A stretch of DNA of 64,000 nt from Patescibacteria group bacterium (GTDB lineage Bacteria; Patescibacteriota; Patescibacteriia; XYB2-FULL-38-15), in the NCBI GenBank assembly GCA_041737355.1, contig JBGSRW010000010.1:3935-67934 (forward strand), written 5' to 3'. Under the pieces are notes generated by a model. It was not told where the DNA came from. It was given only the letters and a program-made list of their open reading frames with translations, and did no database searches. Made by a program: the position numbers and the translations under genes. Positions 45,305-54,873 of the stretch are shown piece by piece. Positions within the stretch are counted from its first letter, which is position 1. The number at the start of each line of letters is the position of its first letter.

Positions 45305-46408
45305 ATGAAAGATTCTGGCGTCGAGTTGATGCCGCATGTGCACGGGCTGCCTGCGGAGCGGTGCGTGGTTTTTCTTTCGCAGCTTCGCGAGGAACCGCAC
45401 AACACCGAGATCCAGCAGGCCCAGATAAGCGACGAGATGCGCTGGGAGATGGACGAGTTCGGTTCGTTCAAGTGGTCCGAGACCACGGTGATGGGCGGGG
45501 TGAAATTCATCATCCGTCTCATCAACCGCGATCCCTTCGCCTTCATCAAGAACCGCGCCGAATCGGTCGCCGATATTTTGGCGGCCATGGAGCGGGCCAA
45601 GACGGCGGACGGCGCGACCGACATCGGCCTCGGTTCGCTCGTCGCTTCGGTCGCCCACGGCGGTCGGGACCTGCTTACCCGCGCCGAAGAACTGAATCTG
45701 CGGCTTGATCACGGCGACGACATGTCGACCGGTCTCGCGGCCACCGCCGCCTGGCATCTTCAGGATTTCGGCCTGGACCTTGCCGCCGGAACGGTCGGGG
45801 TGATCGGAGCGGTCGGCATCATGGGAGCCGGTTTCATCAAGCTCCTGGCGGAGGATGTCAGAAAGTTCCTTTTCATCGTCACGGCGGTTGACGACCGCGT
45901 CAAGAAGCTCGAGTCCGAGCTCCTGCTCGAAGCCAGGCGCGAAAAGCGGAAGCTCGAGATCGTGGTCGACACGAAGTTCCACGCTCTGGCCGAGCACAAG
46001 TGCCGGCTGGTCTACGTGGCCCATTCGTCGCCCAACGCGCCGCTCAAGGCTGAACACCTCGCGCCGCGGACGATTATCCTCGATGCTTGCATTCCGCCGG
46101 CCGTGGCTTTCCGCGATGGACGGCACCTCGTTCTGCCGGTCGGCTGCGGCGTCCTGCCCAAGTCGGCGGCGCCCAGCGGCGTCGGTATCCGGCTCGGGCT
46201 TGGCGAAACCAAGGACGGCCCGGTCACCTACGGGTGCATGATCGGCTGCATGATCGCTGCACGGCGGGAGGAAATCTATCACAGGATTTTCCCCGTCGAT
46301 CCCGGGTACGCCAAGCTGCTTCTCAATGAGGGGGGTGCCATCGGCGTAACCCACCAACCTTTCCCGGTCAAGGAGGAAAAGATCAGGGAATTTATCCGGA
46401 AACAGTAG
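45305..46408 (+). CDS. NAD(P)-binding Rossmann-fold dehydrogenase-like protein
   Basis: GTVGVIGAVGIMGAG motif. RBS GGAGGAGATG. GC-rich. The antisense 432-aa ORF is judged spurious. Confidence 0.6.
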   Translation: MKDSGVELMPHVHGLPAERCVVFLSQLREEPHNTEIQQAQISDEMRWEMDEFGSFKWSETTVMGGVKFIIRLINRDPFAFIKNRAESVADILAAMERAKTADGATDIGLGSLVASVAHGGRDLLTRAEELNLRLDHGDDMSTGLAATAAWHLQDFGLDLAAGTVGVIGAVGIMGAGFIKLLAEDVRKFLFIVTAVDDRVKKLESELLLEARREKRKLEIVVDTKFHALAEHKCRLVYVAHSSPNAPLKAEHLAPRTIILDACIPPAVAFRDGRHLVLPVGCGVLPKSAAPSGVGIRLGLGETKDGPVTYGCMIGCMIAARREEIYHRIFPVDPGYAKLLLNEGGAIGVTHQPFPVKEEKIREFIRKQ

Positions 46409-46500
46409 AAACAACCAAGTTAGATTTCGGGGGCAAACGCAACGTTTGCCCCTTCTTTTTTTTCTTGGTATAATTAGGTAATAAAATTTTAGGAGGAAAT

Positions 46501-48093
46501 ATGTTAAACCTCGGGACAATTTTGCCCCTCGTTTGCGCAATTTTCGTTACTATTTTAGGATGGTTTGTCTTCGTCGATAATCCGCGTTCCAGGTTGAATC
46601 AGCTTTTTTTTGCTTTCTGTTGGGCTATGGTTTTCTGGCTCTTGGGGACATTTATGATGTTCTTTAACAGTTATGATACCGTCGCGGCTATCTGGTGGGA
46701 CCGTTTCGTTTATCTTGGTGTTTCCATGATGCCTGCCCTGATGCACCATTTCAGTTTGGTCTTTACTGGCAACAAGGGGCAGAAAAAACTTTTGGTCTTT
46801 ACCTACATCGGTTCAATTTTCTTTCTGTTAATCAGCCGGACGCCGTATTTTATTGACGGCTTGTACCAATACAGTTGGGGGGTTCACAGTAAGGCGCAGA
46901 TTTTTCACCATATTTTTCTGGTCTTCTTCTATTGGGGCGTGCAGATATTCGTAATCAATATTTGGCGGGCTTACCGCAAGAGCGCTGATCCGGAATTTAA
47001 AAAGCAGGCGGCTTATGTCGTTTTGGCCTTCAGTATTGTTATGTTCGTCGGAGGCACCGCCTATCTCACGGCTTACGGGATTGACATACGCTATCCTTTT
47101 TCCTATATTTCCGGTCTCGCCTTTCCTTTTCTTTTGGCTTACGCCGTCACCAAGCACCATCTTCTCGGCGCCAAAGTTATCCGCACGGAAATCATTGCCG
47201 GGTTTGTACTTTTCTTCCTGGTTACCGAAATTTTTATGTCCCGTTCAATGGCGGAAATAGTTGTCCGGGCCTTTCTAGCTTTCATTGTTGCCGCCTTGGC
47301 GTTACTTTTGATCCGTTCCGTCACCGAAGAAGTCCGCCAGAGAGAAGAGATGCAAAAGATGGCCGCTGAACTGCAGAAAGCCAACCAGACCCTGGAGATG
47401 CTGAACCAGGCGAAAAGTGAATTCATTTCCATCGCCTCCCATCAGCTTCGGACGCCTCTTTCAATCAATAAAGGTTATTTATCCATGATTTTGGCGGGAG
47501 ACTACGGGAAGGTTGACAAGGATAAAAAGAAAATTTTGGATAAGGTTTATTCCAGCAACGAAAGACTGATTACTCTGGTCAACGATCTACTTAATATTTC
47601 AAGAATAGAAAGCGGCCGGCTGGAATACCGTTTTGAACCGGTAAATGTTGCCGAACTTACCCGCGATCTGGTTGAGGGTTTCCAGATGAAGGCAAAAGAC
47701 AAGGGCCTTGTTCTCGGAGCGAAATATCCGTCCGCTTTGCCGAAAATAAACGCCGATCTGGCAAAATTGAAGGAAGTTATTTCAAACCTTCTCGATAATG
47801 CCATAAAGTACACGGAGAAGGGGAGCATTATGGTAAATTTAAAAAATAAAGACGGAAAACTTTATTGTAGCGTAAAAGACACCGGGCTCGGTATTGCCCA
47901 GGCGGAGCAGGAAAAGCTTTTCCAAAAATTTACCCGAGGGCAGAGCTCCTACGCCGCAACCGGGGGGTTGGGAATAGGTCTCTATATCTGCAAGAAATTT
48001 ATCGAAGGACACAGGGGGGAAATTTGGGTGAAAAGTCCCGGGTCGGGCAAGGGAAGCGAATTTGGGTTTTCCCTGCCAGTTGCCCTAAAATAG
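46501..48093 (+). CDS. Sensor histidine kinase (multi-TM sensor, HisKA, HATPase_c)
   Basis: Six TM helices. H-box SHQLRTPL. N, G1 and G2 boxes. Confidence 0.85.
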   Translation: MLNLGTILPLVCAIFVTILGWFVFVDNPRSRLNQLFFAFCWAMVFWLLGTFMMFFNSYDTVAAIWWDRFVYLGVSMMPALMHHFSLVFTGNKGQKKLLVFTYIGSIFFLLISRTPYFIDGLYQYSWGVHSKAQIFHHIFLVFFYWGVQIFVINIWRAYRKSADPEFKKQAAYVVLAFSIVMFVGGTAYLTAYGIDIRYPFSYISGLAFPFLLAYAVTKHHLLGAKVIRTEIIAGFVLFFLVTEIFMSRSMAEIVVRAFLAFIVAALALLLIRSVTEEVRQREEMQKMAAELQKANQTLEMLNQAKSEFISIASHQLRTPLSINKGYLSMILAGDYGKVDKDKKKILDKVYSSNERLITLVNDLLNISRIESGRLEYRFEPVNVAELTRDLVEGFQMKAKDKGLVLGAKYPSALPKINADLAKLKEVISNLLDNAIKYTEKGSIMVNLKNKDGKLYCSVKDTGLGIAQAEQEKLFQKFTRGQSSYAATGGLGIGLYICKKFIEGHRGEIWVKSPGSGKGSEFGFSLPVALK

Positions 48094-48169
48094 TCCGTTC
48101 GGGTCGGGTTGACCTTGGGTTGTAAAATGTTAAACTAAAATAATAATTTTTTAAAGTAAGACTGGATTT

Positions 48170-48592
48170 ATGTTCAAGGACCTTTATAACAACAAAGAGA
48201 CGGAAGTGGAAACCGTTATCGGCCCGTCGGTTAAAGTTGAAGGCGATTTCGCGAGTAAGGGCAATGTCACAGTTGAGGGCGCGGTTTATGGGACCATAAA
48301 AACCGACAGGGATTTAAAAGTGGGAAGTGCCGCGAAAATTTCGGCCAACGTTTTTGCCGCGAATGCTTTTATTTCGGGGGAAGTTAAGGGAAATGTGAAA
48401 GTTAATGATAAACTTGAACTCGCAGATACGTCGAAAATTTTAGGCGACGTCGAGGCAAAAACTCTGATTATCGCGGCCGGCGCCATTTTGAATGGAAAAT
48501 GTTCAATGTGTCAGGAAACGGCGCAACTGCCTCTTTCGACGGATGCGAGCCAGAACGGCATAAATTTCAAAAAAAATAATAACAAAAAATAA
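48170..48592 (+). CDS. Bactofilin family protein
   Basis: Beta-helical repeats VKVEGDFASKGNVTVEGAVYGTI. Confidence 0.75.
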   Translation: MFKDLYNNKETEVETVIGPSVKVEGDFASKGNVTVEGAVYGTIKTDRDLKVGSAAKISANVFAANAFISGEVKGNVKVNDKLELADTSKILGDVEAKTLIIAAGAILNGKCSMCQETAQLPLSTDASQNGINFKKNNNKK

Positions 48593-48628
48593 GGATGGCC
48601 CCGAAGGAGCCGAACGGCAAAGCTGCTT

Positions 48629-49399
48629 ATGTACCAATATTTTTACGATTTTTTTCTTTCCGAAGAAAAGTATGGTAAAATTTTAGCTCTGGTGGAAAGC
48701 CGTCTTGCCGACCTCGGAATGCAAGGGAGAACAGAGCGGCTGAATCTTTTCAAGGACCCCGGAGAGTCTATGGCCGAAGGGGTAAAAAGGGGAGTAAAAA
48801 CGGTAGTGGCAGTTGGAAATGAAGCAACGCTCGCCCAGGTTATTAACGGGGTGAAGGATGCTGATCTCACTGTGGGCTTTATTCCTGTCGGTCCGCAAAA
48901 TGAAATTGCCAAAATTCTGGGAATAGCCGAGGGGACAGCGGGATGCGATTGTTTAGCCAACCGCCTGACGCAAAAAATAGATCTCGGGGAAATCAACGGG
49001 CAATATTTTTTGTCTCATGTCAGAACTTTGACCGAGGGGGTCTTCATAAGGTGCGGAAGCGATTACTGCGTACGGCCTGTTGCCAATCACCGCGTGGAAA
49101 TTTATAATCTTCCGGGGCTGGGGACAAAAGCCGATCCTCGGGACGGATATCTTGAAGCCAGAGTCAGACCGGCGGGAGGCAATTCGGCAAGGGCGACGGG
49201 GCGAAACAGTTCATTTTTTGGAGGAAATAAGCAGGGAGAAAGCAAGGAAACCTTTTTTCCGATAAAAAAAATATTTTTAGAGAGCGGAGGGGGCGGGCAG
49301 ATAGCCGTCGACGGAATAAAAACAATTAATACGCCGGCTGAGGTGAGGGTAATACCTCAAAAATTAAAAATTATTGTCGGGAAGAATAGATTTTTTTAA
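48629..49399 (+). CDS. DAGK_cat/YegS-like lipid kinase family protein (degenerate GGDGT)
   Basis: VVAVGNEATLAQVINGV resembles GGDGT...NG. Confidence 0.5.
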   Translation: MYQYFYDFFLSEEKYGKILALVESRLADLGMQGRTERLNLFKDPGESMAEGVKRGVKTVVAVGNEATLAQVINGVKDADLTVGFIPVGPQNEIAKILGIAEGTAGCDCLANRLTQKIDLGEINGQYFLSHVRTLTEGVFIRCGSDYCVRPVANHRVEIYNLPGLGTKADPRDGYLEARVRPAGGNSARATGRNSSFFGGNKQGESKETFFPIKKIFLESGGGGQIAVDGIKTINTPAEVRVIPQKLKIIVGKNRFF

Positions 49400-49419
49400 A
49401 AATAAATTAAAGAAAAATA

Positions 49420-49607
49420 TGAAACCAAAAATAGATCGAGATCTTTGTATCGGCTGCGGGGCCTGCCAGTCGCTTTGCCCGGAAGTTTTTAAACTGGACG
49501 ACGGAAAATCGACGGTTATCGAGGGAGTCGATTATAAGGCGAACAAAGAAGGAATAGAAAAGGCGATCGAGAATTGTCCGGTTCAGGCTATCAGCTGGGC
49601 TGATTAA
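49420..49607 (+). CDS. fdx: 4Fe-4S ferredoxin
   Basis: CIGCGACQSLCP...CP. Confidence 0.8.
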
Positions 49608-49669
49608 GCTCGGAATGTATTTGGCAAAACCCGGAGGATATGCTAAAAAGAAGCCATTAAGGTTTATTT

Positions 49670-49753
49670 GCCCGGGTGGCGAAATTGGTAGACGCACTAC
49701 CTTGAGGTGGTAGCGCTCGCAAGGGCATGGAGGTTCGAGTCCTCTCCCGGGCA
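49670..49753 (+). tRNA. tRNA-Leu (GAG)
   Basis: Long variable arm. Anticodon loop ttGAGgt. Acceptor gcccggg/cccgggc. Confidence 0.85.
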
Positions 49754-49757
49754 TTTG

Positions 49758-49829
49758 GGACGCTTAGCTCAGCGGAAGAGCACTTCCTTTACACGGAAGG
49801 GGTCGTAGGTTCAAATCCTACAGCGTCCA
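49758..49829 (+). tRNA. tRNA-Val (TAC)
   Basis: Acceptor ggacgct/agcgtcc. Anticodon loop ttTACac. Confidence 0.8.
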
Positions 49830-49844
49830 TGATTAATATTTATT

Positions 49845-50096
49845 ATGATTACAAGAATCATCGTTGGGGTTGTGGGAATTTTCGTAGGGTCAGTTATGGT
49901 TATGAGATCGGAGTGGTTTTTGTCTTTTTTTGGCCGGATAGATTGGGCGGAAATTCATCTTGGTTCCGAGGGCGGAACAAGGGTTTTCTACAAACTTCTC
50001 GGCATGGTTACGATACTTGTTTCCCTGATGATTATGACCGGAATGATAGAAGGTTTGCTCATGGCCATTTTCGGGCCGCTGTTCAAAGAAAGATAA
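49845..50096 (+). CDS. Small membrane protein
   Basis: Two TM helices. Confidence 0.5.
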   Translation: MITRIIVGVVGIFVGSVMVMRSEWFLSFFGRIDWAEIHLGSEGGTRVFYKLLGMVTILVSLMIMTGMIEGLLMAIFGPLFKER

Positions 50097-50128
50097 AATT
50101 ATTTTTCAATAATTAATTTTGCAGACGT

Positions 50129-50704
50129 ATGCCTAACGAAAAAAATAGCGGTTTTTTAAAAATTTCGGGCGGCAACATCCTGCTCGATCCTTATTTTATT
50201 TTGGAGCAGGCGGGTCTTGGGGCGGAAATGAGAGTGGCGGATTTGGGGTGCGGCGCGGCCGGCCACTTCGTCATTCCGGCTGGTAAAATTGTCGGTGGCA
50301 AAGGGATCGTTTACGCTGTAGATCTTTTAAAATCGGTTCTTGAAGCGGTAAAAAGTCGGGCAAAAATGGAGAATGTTCTTAACATAGAAACCGTTTGGTC
50401 GAATTTAGAAATTTTTGGGGCCACTAAAATTTCTCCGGCTAGCCTTGACATGGCTCTGCTTGTAAATACCCTTTTTCAGATCAAAAAAAGAGACGAAGTT
50501 TTTCGCGAGGCAGTCCGGCTGGTAAAGCCGGGCGGAAAAGTTGTTGCGGTAGAGTGGGGGCGGGGAGAAGCCCCGCTTGGCCCGCCGCCAGAAGCTCGCC
50601 TGGAAAAGGAAGCTGTTCGCGATTTAGCGATGAAAAACGGCCTTAAGGAAGTCAGGGAATTCAAGGCAGGACCGTACCACTACGGGTTGATATTTATTAA
50701 ATAA
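50129..50704 (+). CDS. Class I SAM-dependent methyltransferase
   Basis: VADLGCGAAG motif I. VYAVDL. Confidence 0.75.
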   Translation: MPNEKNSGFLKISGGNILLDPYFILEQAGLGAEMRVADLGCGAAGHFVIPAGKIVGGKGIVYAVDLLKSVLEAVKSRAKMENVLNIETVWSNLEIFGATKISPASLDMALLVNTLFQIKKRDEVFREAVRLVKPGGKVVAVEWGRGEAPLGPPPEARLEKEAVRDLAMKNGLKEVREFKAGPYHYGLIFIK

Positions 50705-50730
50705 AATAAAAGAAAAGAAAAATAAAAAAT

Positions 50731-51138
50731 ATGATACACTTTTCTAGATTATTGGATTGGAGGTTTTGGTTTACTTTAAGGCCGAGTTCCCTGGGAGAAA
50801 AAACAGTCCTAATCGTTGCGGTCTGTCTTTTGGTTCTTCTGGCGGGAGCGATTTTTTTCCGTGTTTTGGCTAAAGCCAAAAAACAAAATCCGCCTTTTGT
50901 AAAAATTTGTAAGAAATTGTACAAGATGCTTTCCACGATGGTATTGGTCGGTTTTGTTCTCCTTTTTTTAAGCTATGAGCAAATCTATCTGCTGGGCTCT
51001 CATTTTTGGTTTTTGCTTTGGTTTTTGGGATTTTTGACCTGGCTCGGATTTATAATTTACCATTTTTTTGCCAAGATGCCGAAAGAAAAAGAAGAGCTTG
51101 AACAGAAGAAAAGATTCGAAAAATATTTACCCCGTTAG
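50731..51138 (+). CDS. Membrane protein
   Basis: Four TM helices. Confidence 0.5.
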   Translation: MIHFSRLLDWRFWFTLRPSSLGEKTVLIVAVCLLVLLAGAIFFRVLAKAKKQNPPFVKICKKLYKMLSTMVLVGFVLLFLSYEQIYLLGSHFWFLLWFLGFLTWLGFIIYHFFAKMPKEKEELEQKKRFEKYLPR

Positions 51139-51139
51139 G

Positions 51140-51508
51140 ATGTTGGCAGAAAGGCAAAAAGTAGGAAACTTTGGGGAAAAGTTGGCCTGTGAACATTTGA
51201 GAGAAAAGGGGTACGAAATTTTGGACCAAAATTATCGGACAAGAGGAGGAGAGATAGACATTGTCGCCAAAGAAGGGGATGTTTTGGTTTTTGTGGAAGT
51301 AAAAACCAGAACAAACAGGGCCTTCGGTTTCCCGGAAGAAGCGATCGATGCGCGCAAGCAAAGAAAATTAGTTTTGACCGCCGAGCATTACTTGGCGGTT
51401 CATCGTTTGTACGAGAAAAATTACCGGATTGATTCTATCGGCATAGAGCTCGATCGGGAAGGCAGAATTTTAGAACTTCGCCATGAGAATGACATTGTGG
51501 GATGGTAG
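51140..51508 (+). CDS. yraN: YraN family endonuclease (UPF0102)
   Basis: GEKLACEHLREKGYEILDQNYRTRGGEIDIVA...VFVEVKTR. Confidence 0.8.
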   Translation: MLAERQKVGNFGEKLACEHLREKGYEILDQNYRTRGGEIDIVAKEGDVLVFVEVKTRTNRAFGFPEEAIDARKQRKLVLTAEHYLAVHRLYEKNYRIDSIGIELDREGRILELRHENDIVGW

Positions 51509-51598
51509 CGCTTGCCAAATTAATAAACAGATGATATCATAACGAATGTAACTAGTTCTTTCCGGACTAGTTAATTTTATAAGAATTAAAGCTTAACT

Positions 51599-52894
51599 AT
51601 GGCTTCACCAATATACCAGGCGATCAAACAAATTTGCGATGAAAAAAATATCCAGCCGGAATCCGTGATTGAAACAATCGAGGCGGCGCTTGCAGCGGCA
51701 TACCGCAAGGATTTTGGTACCAAAAATCAGAATATTAAAGTTGAGTTCAATCCCGAGACCGGCGATTTCAGGGTTTTTGATATCAAAACCGTGGTAGACG
51801 ACGAGCTGGCCGCCAAATACGAAGAGGAAAGAAAAGAGAGGGAAAAACGGGCCAAGGAAGGCGTTATGGAGGAAAGAAAAGAGAGGGAAGAAAGAACGGA
51901 AAAAGAAGGTCCGGTATCGGGAGAGGAAGAGCTAAAATTTAATCCGAAATTGAATATTGGTCTTACGGAAGCCAAGACTATTAAAAAAGACGCGGTTTTG
52001 GAAGAGGTTATTAAAACCGAGCTGGAAGTCCCGGGATCTTTCGGGAGGATGGCGGCTCAGACGGCCAAACAAGTTATTATTCAGAAGCTCAGGGAGGCGG
52101 AACGCGATACGATGTACAATGAGTTTAAGGGTAAGGAAGGAGAGATTATCCAGGGGATTATCCAGCGGTGGGAAGGGAAATTGGTATTGGTTGATTTGGG
52201 TCATGTGACCGCCCTCCTGCCGATTGAGGAACAGATAGAAAAAGAAAAATATAATCCCGGGTCGCGGATGAAATTTTATCTCAAGGAAGTTACCATGACG
52301 ACAAAAGGTCCCCAGGTTATCGTTTCCCGGGCCCATCCGGAAATTTTGCGTAAGCTTTTTACCTTTGAAATTCCCGAGGTGGCTAACGGTGTTGTCAGCA
52401 TCAAGGCAATTGCCAGAGAAGCCGGCTCCCGGTCAAAAATAGCTGTTTCCACTTCCGATGCCAATATTGACCCGATCGGTTCCTGCATCGGTCAAAGGGG
52501 CACCCGCATCCAGACAATTATCAACGAACTCGGAGGAGAAAAAATAGATATTATAGAATGGAGCGACGATATGCAAAAATTAATTACCAACGCCCTGTCG
52601 CCATCCAAAATTTCGAGTATCGAAACCAACGAGACGGAAAAGGCCGCTGTTGTTAAGGTTAAGGCCGACCAGCTTTCCCTGGCCATCGGGCGAGGCGGTC
52701 AAAACGTCCGTCTTGCCGCGAAGCTGACTGGTTGGAAAATAAATATCCAGGGAGAGGAAGGCGAAGAGGCGCCGGCCGAGAACGCGGAAGAAAAAAAGGA
52801 AGACGAAAAAAAAGAGGCTGTCCAGGAGGGCGTAGCGGAAAAAAAAGAACCGGAGAAAGCCGATAAACCAGCTGAGGAAGGAGGAGAAAAATAA
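51599..52894 (+). CDS. nusA: Transcription termination/antitermination factor NusA (with acidic C-terminal tail)
   Basis: N-terminal domain, S1 and two KH domains. Confidence 0.85.
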   Translation: MASPIYQAIKQICDEKNIQPESVIETIEAALAAAYRKDFGTKNQNIKVEFNPETGDFRVFDIKTVVDDELAAKYEEERKEREKRAKEGVMEERKEREERTEKEGPVSGEEELKFNPKLNIGLTEAKTIKKDAVLEEVIKTELEVPGSFGRMAAQTAKQVIIQKLREAERDTMYNEFKGKEGEIIQGIIQRWEGKLVLVDLGHVTALLPIEEQIEKEKYNPGSRMKFYLKEVTMTTKGPQVIVSRAHPEILRKLFTFEIPEVANGVVSIKAIAREAGSRSKIAVSTSDANIDPIGSCIGQRGTRIQTIINELGGEKIDIIEWSDDMQKLITNALSPSKISSIETNETEKAAVVKVKADQLSLAIGRGGQNVRLAAKLTGWKINIQGEEGEEAPAENAEEKKEDEKKEAVQEGVAEKKEPEKADKPAEEGGEK

Positions 52895-53637
52895 TGATGG
52901 GATTTTTTAACGCGATTTTATACCAGCCGCTGTTCAATTTATTGGTCTGGCTTTACAACATAATACCAGGCCATGACATAGGTTTGGCAATTCTTCTTCT
53001 TACAGTTTTGATAAAACTGGTTTTATATCCCTTTTCCCTTCAGGCCCTGAAAGCCCAAAAGGCTTTGTCTGAACTTCAGCCGAAAATAGAGGAGCTGAAA
53101 GTCAAATATAAAGACAACAAAGAAGAGATGAGCCGGGAAATGATGAATTTGTATAAGGAAAATAAAGTTAACCCCCTCTCTTCCTGTTTGCCGGTTTTAA
53201 TTCAATTGCCGTTCCTGATTGCCGTTTACCAAGTTTTTATAAAAGGTTTAAGCTCACAGGGTTTGGAAAATTTATATTCTTTCGTCGCCAACCCCGGACA
53301 CATCAACGCTGTTTCCTTGGGTTTTCTGGATTTATCAAAACCAAACTTGATCCTCGCCGTACTTGCCGGCGCCGCGCAATTTTGGCAGGCAAAAATGATG
53401 CCGCGGCCGTCGGTTCCCTCGAAAGAACCGGGTGCCAAAGACGAAGGCATGGCTTCAATGATGAACAAGCAGATGCTTTATTTTATGCCCGCCATTACTA
53501 TTTTAATCGGAGCAAGCTTACCGGGCGGGCTGACATTCTACTGGTTTTTAACGACTCTTCTGACTGTCGGGCAGCAATATTTATATTTTAAAAAAACAAA
53601 AAGTAAGGAAGTTTCCGGTGCGATTAATAAGTTTTAA
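52894..53637 (+). CDS. yidC: Membrane protein insertase YidC (short form)
   Basis: Conserved YidC/Oxa1 core. 1-nt overlap with nusA. Confidence 0.85.
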   Translation: MMGFFNAILYQPLFNLLVWLYNIIPGHDIGLAILLLTVLIKLVLYPFSLQALKAQKALSELQPKIEELKVKYKDNKEEMSREMMNLYKENKVNPLSSCLPVLIQLPFLIAVYQVFIKGLSSQGLENLYSFVANPGHINAVSLGFLDLSKPNLILAVLAGAAQFWQAKMMPRPSVPSKEPGAKDEGMASMMNKQMLYFMPAITILIGASLPGGLTFYWFLTTLLTVGQQYLYFKKTKSKEVSGAINKF

Positions 53638-53640
53638 AAA

Positions 53641-53973
53641 ATGTTTATTGACGGAGAAAATTTTACAGGGCTTCCCGTTATAACCAAAGGCGGTCTGCTC
53701 CTCGGGAAGATTAAGAGTTTCGAGGTCGATGCAGAAAATCAAACGATAGAAAGATATGTCGTGAAGAGCCGTAGTTTGGTTGGAAAGCTGCTCGGGGAAC
53801 CGCTCGGCAGATTGATAATCGGCAGAAATCAGGTAATTTCGATTGATCAAGATAAAATGGTTGTTGAGGACGGCGCGGTCAAAGAAAAGGAAGCGGTAAG
53901 GTTGCTCCGAGGGGCCGGGAAAGACGTGCCCGCCCTGTCGAGCAGGCTAAGCCTAAAAACAGATGGCGAATAA
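53641..53973 (+). CDS. PRC-barrel domain protein
   Basis: LPVITKGGLLLGKIKSFEVD pattern. Confidence 0.55.
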   Translation: MFIDGENFTGLPVITKGGLLLGKIKSFEVDAENQTIERYVVKSRSLVGKLLGEPLGRLIIGRNQVISIDQDKMVVEDGAVKEKEAVRLLRGAGKDVPALSSRLSLKTDGE

Positions 53974-54871
53974 TTTGGAAAAATCAATTCTGTCGACCAT
54001 TGCCTACTTTGATATTTTTGATTATCCCCTCACGGATTTGGAAATCTGGAAATGGCTTTATCGGACGGAAAATTGGGATAAGCAGAATGTTTTTTCGGAA
54101 ATTATAAAGATTTTGGAAAACAGCGAATATTTAAAATCCCTCATTGAATCAAAGCGGGGATTTTATTTTTTAAAAGGCAGGGAGTCGATTCTTGAAATTC
54201 GCCAGAAAAGATATAATTTAGCCGAAGAAAAATTTAAGAAAGCAATCAGAATCAGCCGTTTTTTTAGGTTTCTTCCCGGCGTTAGAATGATCGCCGTTTG
54301 CAACAGTTTGGCCTGGAGCAACGCGAGTGAAGAAAGCGATATAGATTTTTTTATTGTCACTAGAAAAAATAAAATTTGGATAACTCGTTTTTGGGCAGCC
54401 GGCTTTCTCAAATTATTGGGGCTTCGGCCCAGCGGGCAACGCACGAAAGATAAAATTTGCCTGAGTTTCTTCGCCGACGAAGACAGCCTGGATTTTGAAA
54501 AAATTTCCCTTGGCAAACCAGATATCTATTTGATTTATTGGATCTCTCAGATTGCTCCTATTTACGATGCAGGCGGAATTTACCAGAAATTTTTATCAGC
54601 AAATTCGTGGATAAAAAAATATTTGCCGAATGATTTTGCCGCGGAGATTGTTTTTCGGAGAAAAATAAAGGCCGCGGTGTTACCTTTGTTTTTTTTCGGG
54701 TGGGGAAATAAATTTTCCCGCTGGTTGCAGATTAAATTTTTGCCGAAGCAGATAAGGGACGCCGCCAACAAGGATTCCTGCGTGATCGTTTCTGATTCGA
54801 TTCTTAAATTTCATGTCAACGATCGCCGGACGAAGTACCGGGAAATTTGGGAAAATAAATTGAAAGAATAG
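53963..54871 (+). CDS. Hypothetical protein
   Basis: ORF with no recognized motif. Confidence 0.5.
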   Translation: MANNLEKSILSTIAYFDIFDYPLTDLEIWKWLYRTENWDKQNVFSEIIKILENSEYLKSLIESKRGFYFLKGRESILEIRQKRYNLAEEKFKKAIRISRFFRFLPGVRMIAVCNSLAWSNASEESDIDFFIVTRKNKIWITRFWAAGFLKLLGLRPSGQRTKDKICLSFFADEDSLDFEKISLGKPDIYLIYWISQIAPIYDAGGIYQKFLSANSWIKKYLPNDFAAEIVFRRKIKAAVLPLFFFGWGNKFSRWLQIKFLPKQIRDAANKDSCVIVSDSILKFHVNDRRTKYREIWENKLKE

Positions 54872-54873
54872 TT

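Noticed and set aside
45242-46540. 432-aa minus-strand ORF
   Set aside because: The opposite strand carries a GxGxxG Rossmann motif and a perfect RBS. The minus frame is Arg/Asp-rich low complexity.
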